The position numbers were made by a program, and so were the translations under genes. From contig CAWDOD010000002.1 in NCBI GenBank assembly GCA_963803805.1, positions 1,152,001 to 1,216,000 of the forward strand: a DNA stretch of 64,000 nucleotides, in the 5' to 3' direction. Each line of letters begins with the position of its first letter. Position 1 is the first letter of the stretch. Origin of the DNA: an uncultured cyanobacterium. Its GTDB lineage: Bacteria > Cyanobacteriota > Cyanobacteriia > Cyanobacteriales > CAWCAG01. Under the pieces are notes generated by a model. It saw only the letters and a list, made by a program, of their open reading frames with translations. It had not been told where the DNA came from and ran no database searches. Below are positions 39,909-49,738 of this stretch, piece after piece.

Positions 39909-42397
39909 GGTAATTCAATTATTTCTAACCCTTTTCTTTTAATTGCCACCAAAGTAATATCATCATAAATCTTTTGCTCCCCAATATATTCTTTGAGATG
40001 GCTAATTACCTCAGAGCAAATCTCCCCCACAGATTTAGACCAATGTTGTTGGATTACTTGACACAATCTTTCTATGCCGTAATGTAAACCATCCTCATTT
40101 TCAGCCTCGGTAATCCCATCTGTATAAAGTATTATTCCATCTCCTGGCCCTAACTCTACCTTTGTTTCTGCTAAGAACTCAACTACATCTTCAATTAAAC
40201 CTAAAGGAAAACCTAAATCAATGGTATCAATCCGCTCAATTTCGCCATTTTGGCGTACTAAAATGACTTCTTCATGTTGACCACTTAAGGTAAGAATACC
40301 TGCTTGATAGTCCAATAAACAAAGGGTAAGATTTTTGTCAGAACTCATACGTTGGACATTCTCATACACTGTCCAATTAATAGCTTCTAGGTATTTTTTG
40401 AGGTCAGTCTCGCCATTGGCTAATAGGGTTCGTACAGCAGTTTGTACCATCAACATCAGTACCCCACTCTCTAAGCCATGTCCTGTCACATCGCCAATAC
40501 CAATTTTGAAACTACCGTCATGATAGATGACATCATAATAATCTCCTCCCACTTCGTGGGCAGGTTCCATGAAACCAGCTATGTCTAACTCTGGTATTTT
40601 CCTAAGTTCTTCCTGATTAGGGAGAATCATGGTTTGGAGGCGACGGGTGATATCTACTTCTGCACTGAGGCGGAGGTTTTCTTGTTGCAGTCTTTGATTA
40701 AGGGTGGTAATTTCTAAGTTAGCTTGGGCTAAAGCTTGTTGGGCTTCTTTGCGATCGCTTATATCTCGAAAAATGCCAGTGTAGAATCCCCCGGAGGCTA
40801 ATTTTGCTTCTGATAAGCTAGCTTCTAAAGGTAGTGTTGAATCATTGGCTTGCTTACCAATAATTTCATGTAAACCTACTCCTAATAAATTCTCTAAGGA
40901 AATATCTTCCGGCAATTCCAAAAGTTGATACATCGACATTCCTACTAAATTGCTAAGAGGATAGCCGAAAATCACTTCTGCACTAGGATTAGCCATAATA
41001 ATTTGTAAATCTAGTTTGCTGAAGGTGATGATGGCATCAGTGGCGGTTTTAAAAAGAGCTTCTGTGCGGTTTATAGCTTCTTCTAAAGCATCCATTACCT
41101 GATTGTAGCGTTGGGCAATTAAGCCGACTTCAGTAAAGGGTTCTACGGGAACACGCAAACTCAAATCTTGAGTTTCGGCTTGCAAATCCATAACCTTAAA
41201 TAAGTCGTGAACCTCTGTTTTAGCGCGATGTTCTGATATATTTAAACCAACTTTCTCTTCTTGCAAAGAAACTCGTAAAGGGAAGAAACGTTTAAGGGAG
41301 CTTAGTAGCAAGTAACTTAGACCGAAAGACCAGATAAAACAGACAAAAATCCCCAACAATTGTACTAAAATTTGGTTTTCTTTGTTTAATCCGGTTGCTA
41401 ATAAATCTGCTTTGCCAAACAAAGCTACAGCTAAAGTTCCCCATACTCCTGCCCCACCATGAACGGCGATCGCATCTACTGCATCATCAATACGCCAACG
41501 TTTAAGCCAGTAGGAAACAACCATAGTAACCCCTGCACCAATAGAACCAATAATTGCTGCTTCCCCTGTATTAACCACATTACAGTTAGCTGTGATGGCT
41601 ACTAGCCCCGCTAGAGAGCCATTAATTAGTACCTCTACTTCCGGGATTTTGTGCTGCTGCCAACCAATTATTCCGGCGGTAATCATCCCTGCCACCCCAG
41701 CTAAGACAGTGTTAACAATGATGCCAGGGACTTGCTCGTTTAATTCTAGGGTGCTGCCACCATTGAAGCCTAACCAACCAATCCACAATAACATGGCTCC
41801 TAAAACAGAAAACTGTAAATTGGAGCCGTGAATTTTAAGGGGCCTTCCTTCAGGGAGAAATCTGCCAGTGCGAGAACCAATAACTAATAAAGCGGCTAAA
41901 CCTACCCAACCTCCTACGCTATGAACAACTGTAGAACCAGCAAAATCTACAAAACCAAGTTGTTTTAACCATCCGGCTTGGTTCCAACTCCAATGGCCAA
42001 AAAAAGGATAAATTGTACTGGAAACTAAACCGGTAGTGATTAGGTAAGCCCCAAACTTCATACGTTCTGCCACTGCCCCGGAAACTATGGTGGCGGTAGT
42101 GCTACAAAACATGACTTGGAAAAGGAAGAAGGCAGCTTTTTGAGGTTGGGAGTCTAAATTGGTCAAAAAGTCCGTTGAGCCAAGCCAGCCCCCCTGGGAA
42201 ACCCCAAACATCAAAGCATAACCGAATAGCCAAAAGAAGGCTACGGAAATGCCGAAATCTGCTAAGTTTTTAACCGCAACGTTAATACTATTTTTTGAGC
42301 GTGTTAATCCTGACTCCAAACACATAAACCCTGGTTGCATTAAAAATACTAAACCAGCAGAAACCAGGAGCCAGAGGATGTTAACAGTTGTCTCCAT
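39905..42397 (-). CDS. amt: Ammonium transporter fused to HAMP-like, PAS and SpoIIE/PP2C phosphatase domains
   Basis: Amt motifs MQPGF..LE.G, FQVMF, SGAVAERM, DFAGSTVVHSVGG, GWLGFNGGS, DDAVDAIAVHG, LRVS..EE..GLN.SEH; PP2C motifs VGGDYYD, GDVTGHG, YTDGITEA, DDIT. Confidence 0.95.
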   Translation of the reverse strand: METTVNILWLLVSAGLVFLMQPGFMCLESGLTRSKNSINVAVKNLADFGISVAFFWLFGYALMFGVSQGGWLGSTDFLTNLDSQPQKAAFFLFQVMFCSTTATIVSGAVAERMKFGAYLITTGLVSSTIYPFFGHWSWNQAGWLKQLGFVDFAGSTVVHSVGGWVGLAALLVIGSRTGRFLPEGRPLKIHGSNLQFSVLGAMLLWIGWLGFNGGSTLELNEQVPGIIVNTVLAGVAGMITAGIIGWQQHKIPEVEVLINGSLAGLVAITANCNVVNTGEAAIIGSIGAGVTMVVSYWLKRWRIDDAVDAIAVHGGAGVWGTLAVALFGKADLLATGLNKENQILVQLLGIFVCFIWSFGLSYLLLSSLKRFFPLRVSLQEEKVGLNISEHRAKTEVHDLFKVMDLQAETQDLSLRVPVEPFTEVGLIAQRYNQVMDALEEAINRTEALFKTATDAIITFSKLDLQIIMANPSAEVIFGYPLSNLVGMSMYQLLELPEDISLENLLGVGLHEIIGKQANDSTLPLEASLSEAKLASGGFYTGIFRDISDRKEAQQALAQANLEITTLNQRLQQENLRLSAEVDITRRLQTMILPNQEELRKIPELDIAGFMEPAHEVGGDYYDVIYHDGSFKIGIGDVTGHGLESGVLMLMVQTAVRTLLANGETDLKKYLEAINWTVYENVQRMSSDKNLTLCLLDYQAGILTLSGQHEEVILVRQNGEIERIDTIDLGFPLGLIEDVVEFLAETKVELGPGDGIILYTDGITEAENEDGLHYGIERLCQVIQQHWSKSVGEICSEVISHLKEYIGEQKIYDDITLVAIKRKGLEIIELP

Positions 42398-42731
42398 AAT
42401 GAGTTAAGGATAATCTTTCATCGCAAAAACTATTTCTCAATATAAAGGGAATACAGTACTAGTAGTTTAATGACCTCCTAGACCTTTCTAAAGCCAAGTT
42501 TTAGGAACTACAATAGATAAAACTAAGCTTGGTAATATAACGGTATATATGAGCTAGTGTCAACATAATATTTTTTTACGAATTCCCCTGCAAATTATAT
42601 TTATCTAACTCAAGTTGAACATTAAGCGAACGTGATCGCAAACGTAGCTGTCCGACTATAGAAACAATCGAGGGATAATTTATACCAATAGAAATAAAGG
42701 GGTCAACTAGATACTACTAGTCTATTAACTC

Positions 42732-45182
42732 ATGCAAATTTTAACTTCTTCTCCTTCACTACCGACCCTAGAACAAATTATTAATCCCTATCCTTTAGTT
42801 GTGCCAGCTAATGCCCCAGTTAGAGATGTGATGACTTTCTTAATACAGGGACAAAAAGATACTCACGGTGAACTTTGTGCTGTTGTTAAAGAGCAGGAAA
42901 AAATCCTGGGTATATTGACTCAACAAGATGCTATTAAATTAGCATTATTAGGAAAAAGTTTGGGATTTGTAGGTGTTGCAGATGTAGTAGAGAAAAACCC
43001 GATAGTTTTAACTGAAGCTCAATACAATAATGTTTTTCAGGTTTGTGCTTTATTGCGCCAATACCAAACTAATCACTTACCAGTTGAAGACGATCAAGGA
43101 AGCTTAAAAGGAGTAGTAACTTCAGAGTTAATTCTCAATTTTTTGCAAGGAAGTCATATTTGGCAGCAATGTCTTATTAATGAGGTGATGAATATTGAGA
43201 GCTTCAGTATTGCTCCCCAAACTTCATTACTTCAAGCGACTAAATTAATGTCTAAAAACAAGAAGAATTACGTCATTATTTGTCAAGGTATTCAACCTTT
43301 AGGATTACTAACTACCAGAGATATTCTCCAGTATCAACTGAATGACTCTAATTTGGCACAAGTCCAAGCTTCGGCAGTTATTAATACTTCTGTGTTGAAA
43401 GTATTGCCAGAAGATTCTTTAGACTCAGCATGGCCAAAACTACAGCAAAATAATTGGCAACCATTGTTAGTGATCAATAGTCAAGGAGTATTACTCGGAA
43501 CCTTAACTACAGCTAGTTTTTTGCAATGCTTTGAACCAAAGGAAATGTACAAAGATATTGAGCGATTATACCAAGAAAATCAACAGCTTAGAAACGAAAA
43601 AGCCAATCTTTTAAAGTATCAATCTCAAGAAACACAATCAGAGCTACAAGAAGCAAAAGACCAACTCCAAGCAGTTTTGGATGCTATGCCAGGAACTATT
43701 TCTTGGATTGATTCAGATTTACACTATTTAGGAGTTAACAAACAATTATCTAGTCTTTTTGAGAAGCCTACAGAAGCTTTTGTGGGCAAGCAAATTGGCT
43801 CTTTTAAACAAAATGATGAATTTGGCACTCATATGGAATGCTTCTTTTCTAGTTCCGATAAAGAGTCTTCCCTAGAAGTAGAAATGCAAGTTGGTGACTC
43901 GTTTAATAACTATTTAGTTGTTACCCGTAAGTATAACCATGATCGAGCGGCTGTGGCTGTAGGCGTTAATATAACTGACCTCAAGCGCTCAGAAATAGAA
44001 TTACGCCGCCAAAGTCTTAAATCTCGACTATTCGCTGAAATTAGCTTGAAAATTCGCCAATCTTTGCAATTAGAAGAAATCTTACAAACCACTGTTACAG
44101 AAGTACAGCAGATATTTCAAGTAGACAGAGTTTTAATTTATCATTGCTTAGCTTCTGGGCTAGATAAAGTCATTATGGAAGAAGTTTTATTTGGTTGGCC
44201 AAAAACTTTAGGGATGTCTTTTCCCCAAGAAGTTTTTTTTCAAAATCACCAAGATAGTTGGCAGCAAGGACAAGTTTTAGCTATTGCTAATTTAGAAGAA
44301 GAATATAGTCAGACTTCACCATCTTTAGTAGCTTTCTGGCGAACCTGGTTAGTGAAGGCTAAGTTAGTTGTACCTATTTTACAACAAGAGAAACTTTGGG
44401 GTTTAATCATCGTTCATCAATGTTCTAGTTCCAGAAATTGGAGTAGTTTTGAAACAGAATTATTACAACAGCTAGCTGATCAAGTAGGTATTGCCATTTC
44501 TCAAGCTCAACTTTTAAAAGAACAGCAAGAAAGTGAAGCGATGATTCGAGCATCTTTACAGGAAAAAGAAGTTTTATTAAAAGAGATTCACCATAGAGTT
44601 AAGAATAACCTCCAGGTCATTTCTAGCCTTTTTTCTTTACAGTCTTATTACCTGGAAGACTCTAAAACTTTGCGAGTACTTGAAGATAGTCAAAGTAGAG
44701 TCAAAGCCATGGCTTTAATTCATGAAAAAATCTATAATTCTCAAGATTTATCCAAGGTGGATTTTGCTAAATATATCCAAGATTTAGCAAGTTATTTATT
44801 CCATGCCTACGAACCTAACCCGCAGGTAGAGCTAGAAATTGATGTTGAACCTATCTCCCTGAATTTAGATACTGCTACTCCTTGTGGATTGTTGATTAGC
44901 GAAGTTATTTCTAATGCTTTGAAATACGCTTTCCCTAATAAAGAGCCAGGGAAAATATGGATTAAACTTCGTCATTCAAATCAAAAAGAAATGGTCTTAG
45001 AAATAGGAGACAATGGCGTGGGCTTGTCCTCTAACATTAATTTAGATAACTCAGAATCTTTAGGACTTCAGTTAGTTAGAGATTTAGCACAACAGTTAAA
45101 AGGCAAACTAGAAATAAATTGTCATCAAGGAACAAGCTTAAAAATTAGTTTTTCCGAACTACAATACCGGAGACGAATGTAA
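42732..45182 (+). CDS. CBS-PAS-GAF sensor histidine kinase (HisKA_2/HWE-like)
   Basis: CBS-like N-terminal repeats, PAS (VLDAMPGTISW...NITDLK), GAF (IRQSLQLEEIL...DRVLIY...LWGLIIVHQC), EIHHRVKNNLQ, SNALKYAF, DNGVGL, SLGLQLV. Confidence 0.9.
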   Translation: MQILTSSPSLPTLEQIINPYPLVVPANAPVRDVMTFLIQGQKDTHGELCAVVKEQEKILGILTQQDAIKLALLGKSLGFVGVADVVEKNPIVLTEAQYNNVFQVCALLRQYQTNHLPVEDDQGSLKGVVTSELILNFLQGSHIWQQCLINEVMNIESFSIAPQTSLLQATKLMSKNKKNYVIICQGIQPLGLLTTRDILQYQLNDSNLAQVQASAVINTSVLKVLPEDSLDSAWPKLQQNNWQPLLVINSQGVLLGTLTTASFLQCFEPKEMYKDIERLYQENQQLRNEKANLLKYQSQETQSELQEAKDQLQAVLDAMPGTISWIDSDLHYLGVNKQLSSLFEKPTEAFVGKQIGSFKQNDEFGTHMECFFSSSDKESSLEVEMQVGDSFNNYLVVTRKYNHDRAAVAVGVNITDLKRSEIELRRQSLKSRLFAEISLKIRQSLQLEEILQTTVTEVQQIFQVDRVLIYHCLASGLDKVIMEEVLFGWPKTLGMSFPQEVFFQNHQDSWQQGQVLAIANLEEEYSQTSPSLVAFWRTWLVKAKLVVPILQQEKLWGLIIVHQCSSSRNWSSFETELLQQLADQVGIAISQAQLLKEQQESEAMIRASLQEKEVLLKEIHHRVKNNLQVISSLFSLQSYYLEDSKTLRVLEDSQSRVKAMALIHEKIYNSQDLSKVDFAKYIQDLASYLFHAYEPNPQVELEIDVEPISLNLDTATPCGLLISEVISNALKYAFPNKEPGKIWIKLRHSNQKEMVLEIGDNGVGLSSNINLDNSESLGLQLVRDLAQQLKGKLEINCHQGTSLKISFSELQYRRRM

Positions 45183-45184
45183 CT

Positions 45185-46285
45185 ATGAAACCAACAAAAA
45201 TTCTCATTGTTGAAGATGAGATTATTACCGCTAGGGATATATCTTTGAAATTGCAAAAGCTTGATTATCAAGTAGTTGGTATTGCTGACTCTGGAAATGT
45301 TGCCCTGGAAAAAGTAGCTGAATATGAACCAGATTTAGTGCTGATGGATATAGTTTTGCAGGGAGATATAGATGGTATAGAAGTGGCTCAACAAGTTCGC
45401 CATTCCTTCAATATTCCTGTGATTTATTTGACTGCCTATGTTGATCAAGAAACTTTACAAAGAGCAAAAATAACTGAACCTTTTGGTTATATTCTCAAAC
45501 CTTTTAAAGGGCAAGAACTACGCACCCATATCGAAATTGCTTTATATAAACATAAGTCAGAAATAGAAATTCGTCGTGCTTTAGCTAAGCAAAAAGAATT
45601 AAATGAGCTTAAATCTCGATTCATTACCCTTGCTTCCCATGAATTTCGTACTCCCTTAACAGCAATTCTTGGCTCTACTGAATTGCTAAGACATTATGGA
45701 GAGAGTTTACCTCAAGATAAAAGAAATCATTATCTTGAAAAAATTAAAGCTACTATTAAAGGAATGACAGATACCTTAGATAGTATTTTAACTCTTAGTC
45801 AAGCAGAAGCTGATAAAATCATCTTTAAACCAGTAGCCTTAAATTTAAGCAAAGTTTGTCAAGAGGTGGTTAGAGAATTTCAAGGAGATGAGGAAGAGGA
45901 AAAGAGGATTATTTTTTTTGATGAATGTCAGTTAAATTCTGTTTTAGCAGATAAGAATTTGATTCGCTATATTATTGCTAATTTATTAGTTAATGCAATT
46001 AAATATTCTCCTCAAAATAGCAAAATATCATTTTCCTTAATCTGTCAGGAAGGAGAAGCTATTTTCATTATTAAAGATAGTGGTATTGGTATCCCTTCAG
46101 AAGAATTGGATAAACTATTTGATTCTTTTTACCGGGCTACTAATGTAGGAGATATTCCGGGAACTGGTTTAGGTTTATCTGTGGTTAAGCAATTGGTTAG
46201 TTTGCATGGTGGCAATATAAAAGTAGAAAGTGAGTTGGCAAAAGGGGCAACTTTTACCGTTACTTTACCATTAGGCATTGTTTAA
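45185..46285 (+). CDS. Hybrid response regulator-histidine kinase
   Basis: ILIVEDE, LMDIVL, LTAY, ILKPF; SHEFRTPL, NAIKYS, DSGIGI, GTGLGL; 2 bp after the preceding stop. Confidence 0.93.
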   Translation: MKPTKILIVEDEIITARDISLKLQKLDYQVVGIADSGNVALEKVAEYEPDLVLMDIVLQGDIDGIEVAQQVRHSFNIPVIYLTAYVDQETLQRAKITEPFGYILKPFKGQELRTHIEIALYKHKSEIEIRRALAKQKELNELKSRFITLASHEFRTPLTAILGSTELLRHYGESLPQDKRNHYLEKIKATIKGMTDTLDSILTLSQAEADKIIFKPVALNLSKVCQEVVREFQGDEEEEKRIIFFDECQLNSVLADKNLIRYIIANLLVNAIKYSPQNSKISFSLICQEGEAIFIIKDSGIGIPSEELDKLFDSFYRATNVGDIPGTGLGLSVVKQLVSLHGGNIKVESELAKGATFTVTLPLGIV

Positions 46286-46348
46286 CTTTTCGTTTTAGGA
46301 AAAAGTAACTTAAAATCAAACTATAATAGCTAACTATTCCCTAAGACT

Positions 46349-46987
46349 ATGAGTACTATTTCCCTAAGCCCAAAAACAGAATCACAAAACCCAAACTCAC
46401 CAGAAACACGATACTATTCTCCAGAGGAATATTTAGCTTTAGAGGAAACAGCAGATTACAAAAGCGAATATATTAATGGGGAAATTTTAACTATGGCGGG
46501 GGGATCTATTAATCATAATCGAGTTGCTCTTAATTTAAGTACGGAACTCAACTTTGCCTTCAAAAAGCTAGATTACCAAGTTTTCATGGCTGATGTACGT
46601 CTATGGATACCAGAAAAGAATAGCTATACCTATCCTGATATTATGGTGGTGAAAGGAGAACCAGAATATTATAAAGATCGCAGCGATACTATTACCAATC
46701 CTTTATTGATTGTAGAAGTTTTATCTAAGTCAACTCAAAGTTATGATCGTGATCTTAAATTCCGCGCTTATCGTAGTATACCAACCTTTCAGGAATATTT
46801 ACTCTTTGAGCAAGATGAAATTTATGTAGAACAATATGTCAAAACAGATACTAAGCGTTGGTCATTGCAGGAATATGATCAAGAAGATAAAGCAATATCT
46901 TTTGCTGCTGTGGAAGGTAAAATTATCCTTGCCGATGCTTATAATAAGGTGAAATTTACTCAGCAAACATCTGATACTCAAAAGTAA
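46349..46987 (+). CDS. Uma2 family endonuclease-like protein
   Basis: EYINGEI..MAGGS.NH, YPDIMVV, LIVEVLSKST..YDR..KF..Y. Confidence 0.92.
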   Translation: MSTISLSPKTESQNPNSPETRYYSPEEYLALEETADYKSEYINGEILTMAGGSINHNRVALNLSTELNFAFKKLDYQVFMADVRLWIPEKNSYTYPDIMVVKGEPEYYKDRSDTITNPLLIVEVLSKSTQSYDRDLKFRAYRSIPTFQEYLLFEQDEIYVEQYVKTDTKRWSLQEYDQEDKAISFAAVEGKIILADAYNKVKFTQQTSDTQK

Positions 46988-47072
46988 ATGTCACCCTTTC
47001 CCCTTCCCCTAAAAAAATAGTCTAATAACTAAATACGCTACATTGAGGAAGTGTGCTTTTTAAAGAGATTAA

Positions 47073-48896
47073 ATGACTATTTCCTCCAAATTACCAGGGA
47101 AGAAAAACCGCGAGAATGATTGGCGGTTATTCCTGAAACTCTTTCCCTACGCCCGTCGTAACAAAACAATCTTCTTTGTCTCCCTAGCTTTATTAATTCC
47201 TTTGTCTTTAGCTGGGGCAATTCAGCCTTTGATTATCGGACAAGCTATATCACTACTAGAAGATGAACCCAGTTGGGCTTTTCTTCAAGGTTTAGGTTTA
47301 GCAGAAGCATTGAATATTCTTATTGGTTTATTGTTAGCAACAATAGTTTTACGGTTATTATTTAGTTCTCTCCAAGGCTACTTAGTACAAAAAGTCGGAC
47401 AAGAAATTACTGCAGGGATTCGTGAGGACTTATTTGCCCACGTTACTTCTTTAGCAATGAACTTCTTTAATAAAACTCCTGTAGGCAGGCTTGTTACTCG
47501 CCTAACTAGTGATGTTGAAGCTTTAGGAGATGTTTTTGCAACTGGGGCAATTGGCATTGTTAGCGACATCGTTAATATTTTAATTATTATTGTCACCATC
47601 TTTTTGTTGCAATGGAAATTAGCTTCCCTGCTTGTCTTGATGTTGTTACCTATGACAGCTTTAATTATTTACTTTCAACATCAATATCGCCAAGCTAATT
47701 ACAAAGTAAGAGAAGAACTTTCTACCCTTAATTCCATGTTGCAAGAAAATGTGACTGGTATTAATATTGTGCAGTTATTTCGCCGGGAAGGTTTCAATGC
47801 TAAGATGTTCCGCCGGGTTAACCTAAATTACCTCAAGCAGGTAGATAAAACTATTTTCCACGACTCAGCTATCTCAGCTTCTTTAGAATGGATTTCTTTA
47901 GTAGCGATCGCCGGGGTATTATTGGTAGGAGGTAGGGCTGTTTTAGGAGATACTCTTACCTTTGGGGTTTTATCGTCCTTTATTCTTTATGCCCAACGCT
48001 TTTTCGATCCTCTTAGGCGATTTGCCGAAAAGTTTACCATGTTGCAAGCTGGTTTCACTGCCATTGAACGTATCAGCGAATTAATGAGTGAACCTGTGGA
48101 AATTAAAGATCCTGAAGGATTACAGCTTAAAAACTTGCAAGTTACCAATTCTCTAAGTAATAGTCAAAGTGGCGAAATTAGATTTGAGAATGTTTGGTTT
48201 GCTTATAAAGATGATGATTACGTCATTAAGAACTTAGATTTTACCATTCATCCAGGGGAAAAGATTGCTTTAGTCGGACCGACAGGGGCAGGAAAAAGTT
48301 CTATCATTCGCCTCCTTTGTCGCCTTTATGAACCCACCAAAGGGCGAATTATTATTGATGGTGTTGATATTCGTGACTTAACCCAGGAAGAATTACGTCG
48401 TCATGTTGGGGTAATACTCCAAGAAAGTTTTCTCTTTGCTGGGGATGTGAAGCGTAATATTACCCTGGGAGAATCTTATAGTTTAGAAGAAGTCAAAGAA
48501 GCTGCTGTAGCTACGAATATTGACGGCTTCATTCAACAATTACCCCAAAGTTACGCCACTCAATTAAGGGAAAGGGGTACTAACTTATCCGGGGGACAAA
48601 AACAACTCCTAGCTTTTGCCCGCGTTGCCATTCGTGATCCTCATATTTTAGTTTTAGATGAAGCCACAGCAAGTTTAGACGTAGGGACAGAAGCTTTAAT
48701 TCAAGAGGCATTAGAAAGTATTTTAGCAGAACGAACAGCTATTATTATTGCTCACCGCCTTTCTACCATTCGCGATGTTGATCGGATTTTTGTACTTAAG
48801 CGAGGGGAATTAATAGAGTCAGGAAGTCATGAGGAGTTGTTGAACCAAGGAGGTATGTATGCAAGTTTATATCGTTTGCAAATGCTTGAGGATTAG
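47073..48896 (+). CDS. ABC transporter ATP-binding/permease (exporter type)
   Basis: N-terminal TMD, GPTGAGKS, LSGGQKQ, ILVLDEAT, IAHRLST. Confidence 0.95.
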   Translation: MTISSKLPGKKNRENDWRLFLKLFPYARRNKTIFFVSLALLIPLSLAGAIQPLIIGQAISLLEDEPSWAFLQGLGLAEALNILIGLLLATIVLRLLFSSLQGYLVQKVGQEITAGIREDLFAHVTSLAMNFFNKTPVGRLVTRLTSDVEALGDVFATGAIGIVSDIVNILIIIVTIFLLQWKLASLLVLMLLPMTALIIYFQHQYRQANYKVREELSTLNSMLQENVTGINIVQLFRREGFNAKMFRRVNLNYLKQVDKTIFHDSAISASLEWISLVAIAGVLLVGGRAVLGDTLTFGVLSSFILYAQRFFDPLRRFAEKFTMLQAGFTAIERISELMSEPVEIKDPEGLQLKNLQVTNSLSNSQSGEIRFENVWFAYKDDDYVIKNLDFTIHPGEKIALVGPTGAGKSSIIRLLCRLYEPTKGRIIIDGVDIRDLTQEELRRHVGVILQESFLFAGDVKRNITLGESYSLEEVKEAAVATNIDGFIQQLPQSYATQLRERGTNLSGGQKQLLAFARVAIRDPHILVLDEATASLDVGTEALIQEALESILAERTAIIIAHRLSTIRDVDRIFVLKRGELIESGSHEELLNQGGMYASLYRLQMLED

Positions 48897-48959
48897 AGTT
48901 AACCAACAGAAAAAACATTCAAATCTTTCTTTTTCTTAAATTGTAATTGTCTTATAGTT

Positions 48960-49598
48960 ATGTTGATTGACTTACAACAAATTACTATCCCTCCAGGCGA
49001 TCGCCTTCTACTTAATAAAATCACTTGGCCACAGTATGAACAAATATTAGTTGAGTTGGGAGAATATCGCTCCACAAAAGTTGCTTATAGTCAAGGTTTG
49101 CTGGAAATCATGACTCCTCTTTTTAGCCATGAAAACGCCAAAGTCGTCATTGGTGATTTTGTCAAAATTCTCCTTGAAGAATTAAACTTGGATTATGAAC
49201 CAGCAGGTTCTACCACCTTCAAAAATGAGAAGATGCAACAAGGAGTAGAACCCGATGAATCTTTTTACATTACTAATTGTCAAAAGATAAGAGGTAAAGA
49301 AAGAATCGATTTAACCATTGATCCTCCTCCCGACTTAGCTATTGAAATTGACATCACTAACCGTACTAAATTCTCTAACTATCTCCTTCTTGGTGTTCCA
49401 GAATTGTGGCGTTATGACGGTAAGCAATTACAGATTAATGTCTTAGTAGAAAATCAATATGTAGAATCCCCATTAAGTAATACTTTTCCTGACTTTGACC
49501 TTAAGAAAAAAATACCTGAACTACTCCAACAAAGCAAGCAAGTTGGTAGTGCAAAAATAAGGAAAGTTTTTCGGGAATGGCTTAAAAAGGAAGTCTGA
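48960..49598 (+). CDS. Uma2 family endonuclease-like protein
   Basis: LEIMTP...HE, GSTTF, EPDESFY, PPDLAIEIDIT, Y..LGVPELWRYDG. Confidence 0.92.
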   Translation: MLIDLQQITIPPGDRLLLNKITWPQYEQILVELGEYRSTKVAYSQGLLEIMTPLFSHENAKVVIGDFVKILLEELNLDYEPAGSTTFKNEKMQQGVEPDESFYITNCQKIRGKERIDLTIDPPPDLAIEIDITNRTKFSNYLLLGVPELWRYDGKQLQINVLVENQYVESPLSNTFPDFDLKKKIPELLQQSKQVGSAKIRKVFREWLKKEV

Positions 49599-49618
49599 AT
49601 TTAGAAACAATTAAGATC

Positions 49619-49663
49619 AGAAGCCCACCCTATACCCCACAGGTTTAGTGCTGGGTAGTTCAC
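49619..49663 (+). mobile_element. Putative orphan IS200/IS605-type right-end remnant
   Basis: AGAAGCCCACCCTATA...TTAGTGCTGGGTAGTTCAC: subterminal hairpin ending in TCAC, resembling my recollection of cyanobacterial tnpB element ends; no transposase nearby. Confidence 0.45.
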
Positions 49664-49738
49664 TAACTTTATCTTTGAGGAAGTTTGTGTTACTCTTGCC
49701 GTCAGAATAATCCCAAAGTCTAAACTCGAAGGGCATTC

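Noticed and set aside
42398-42731. NtcA box upstream of the amt fusion
   Set aside because: No GTA-N8-TAC found by eye; the absence fits a constitutive sensor but is not proof
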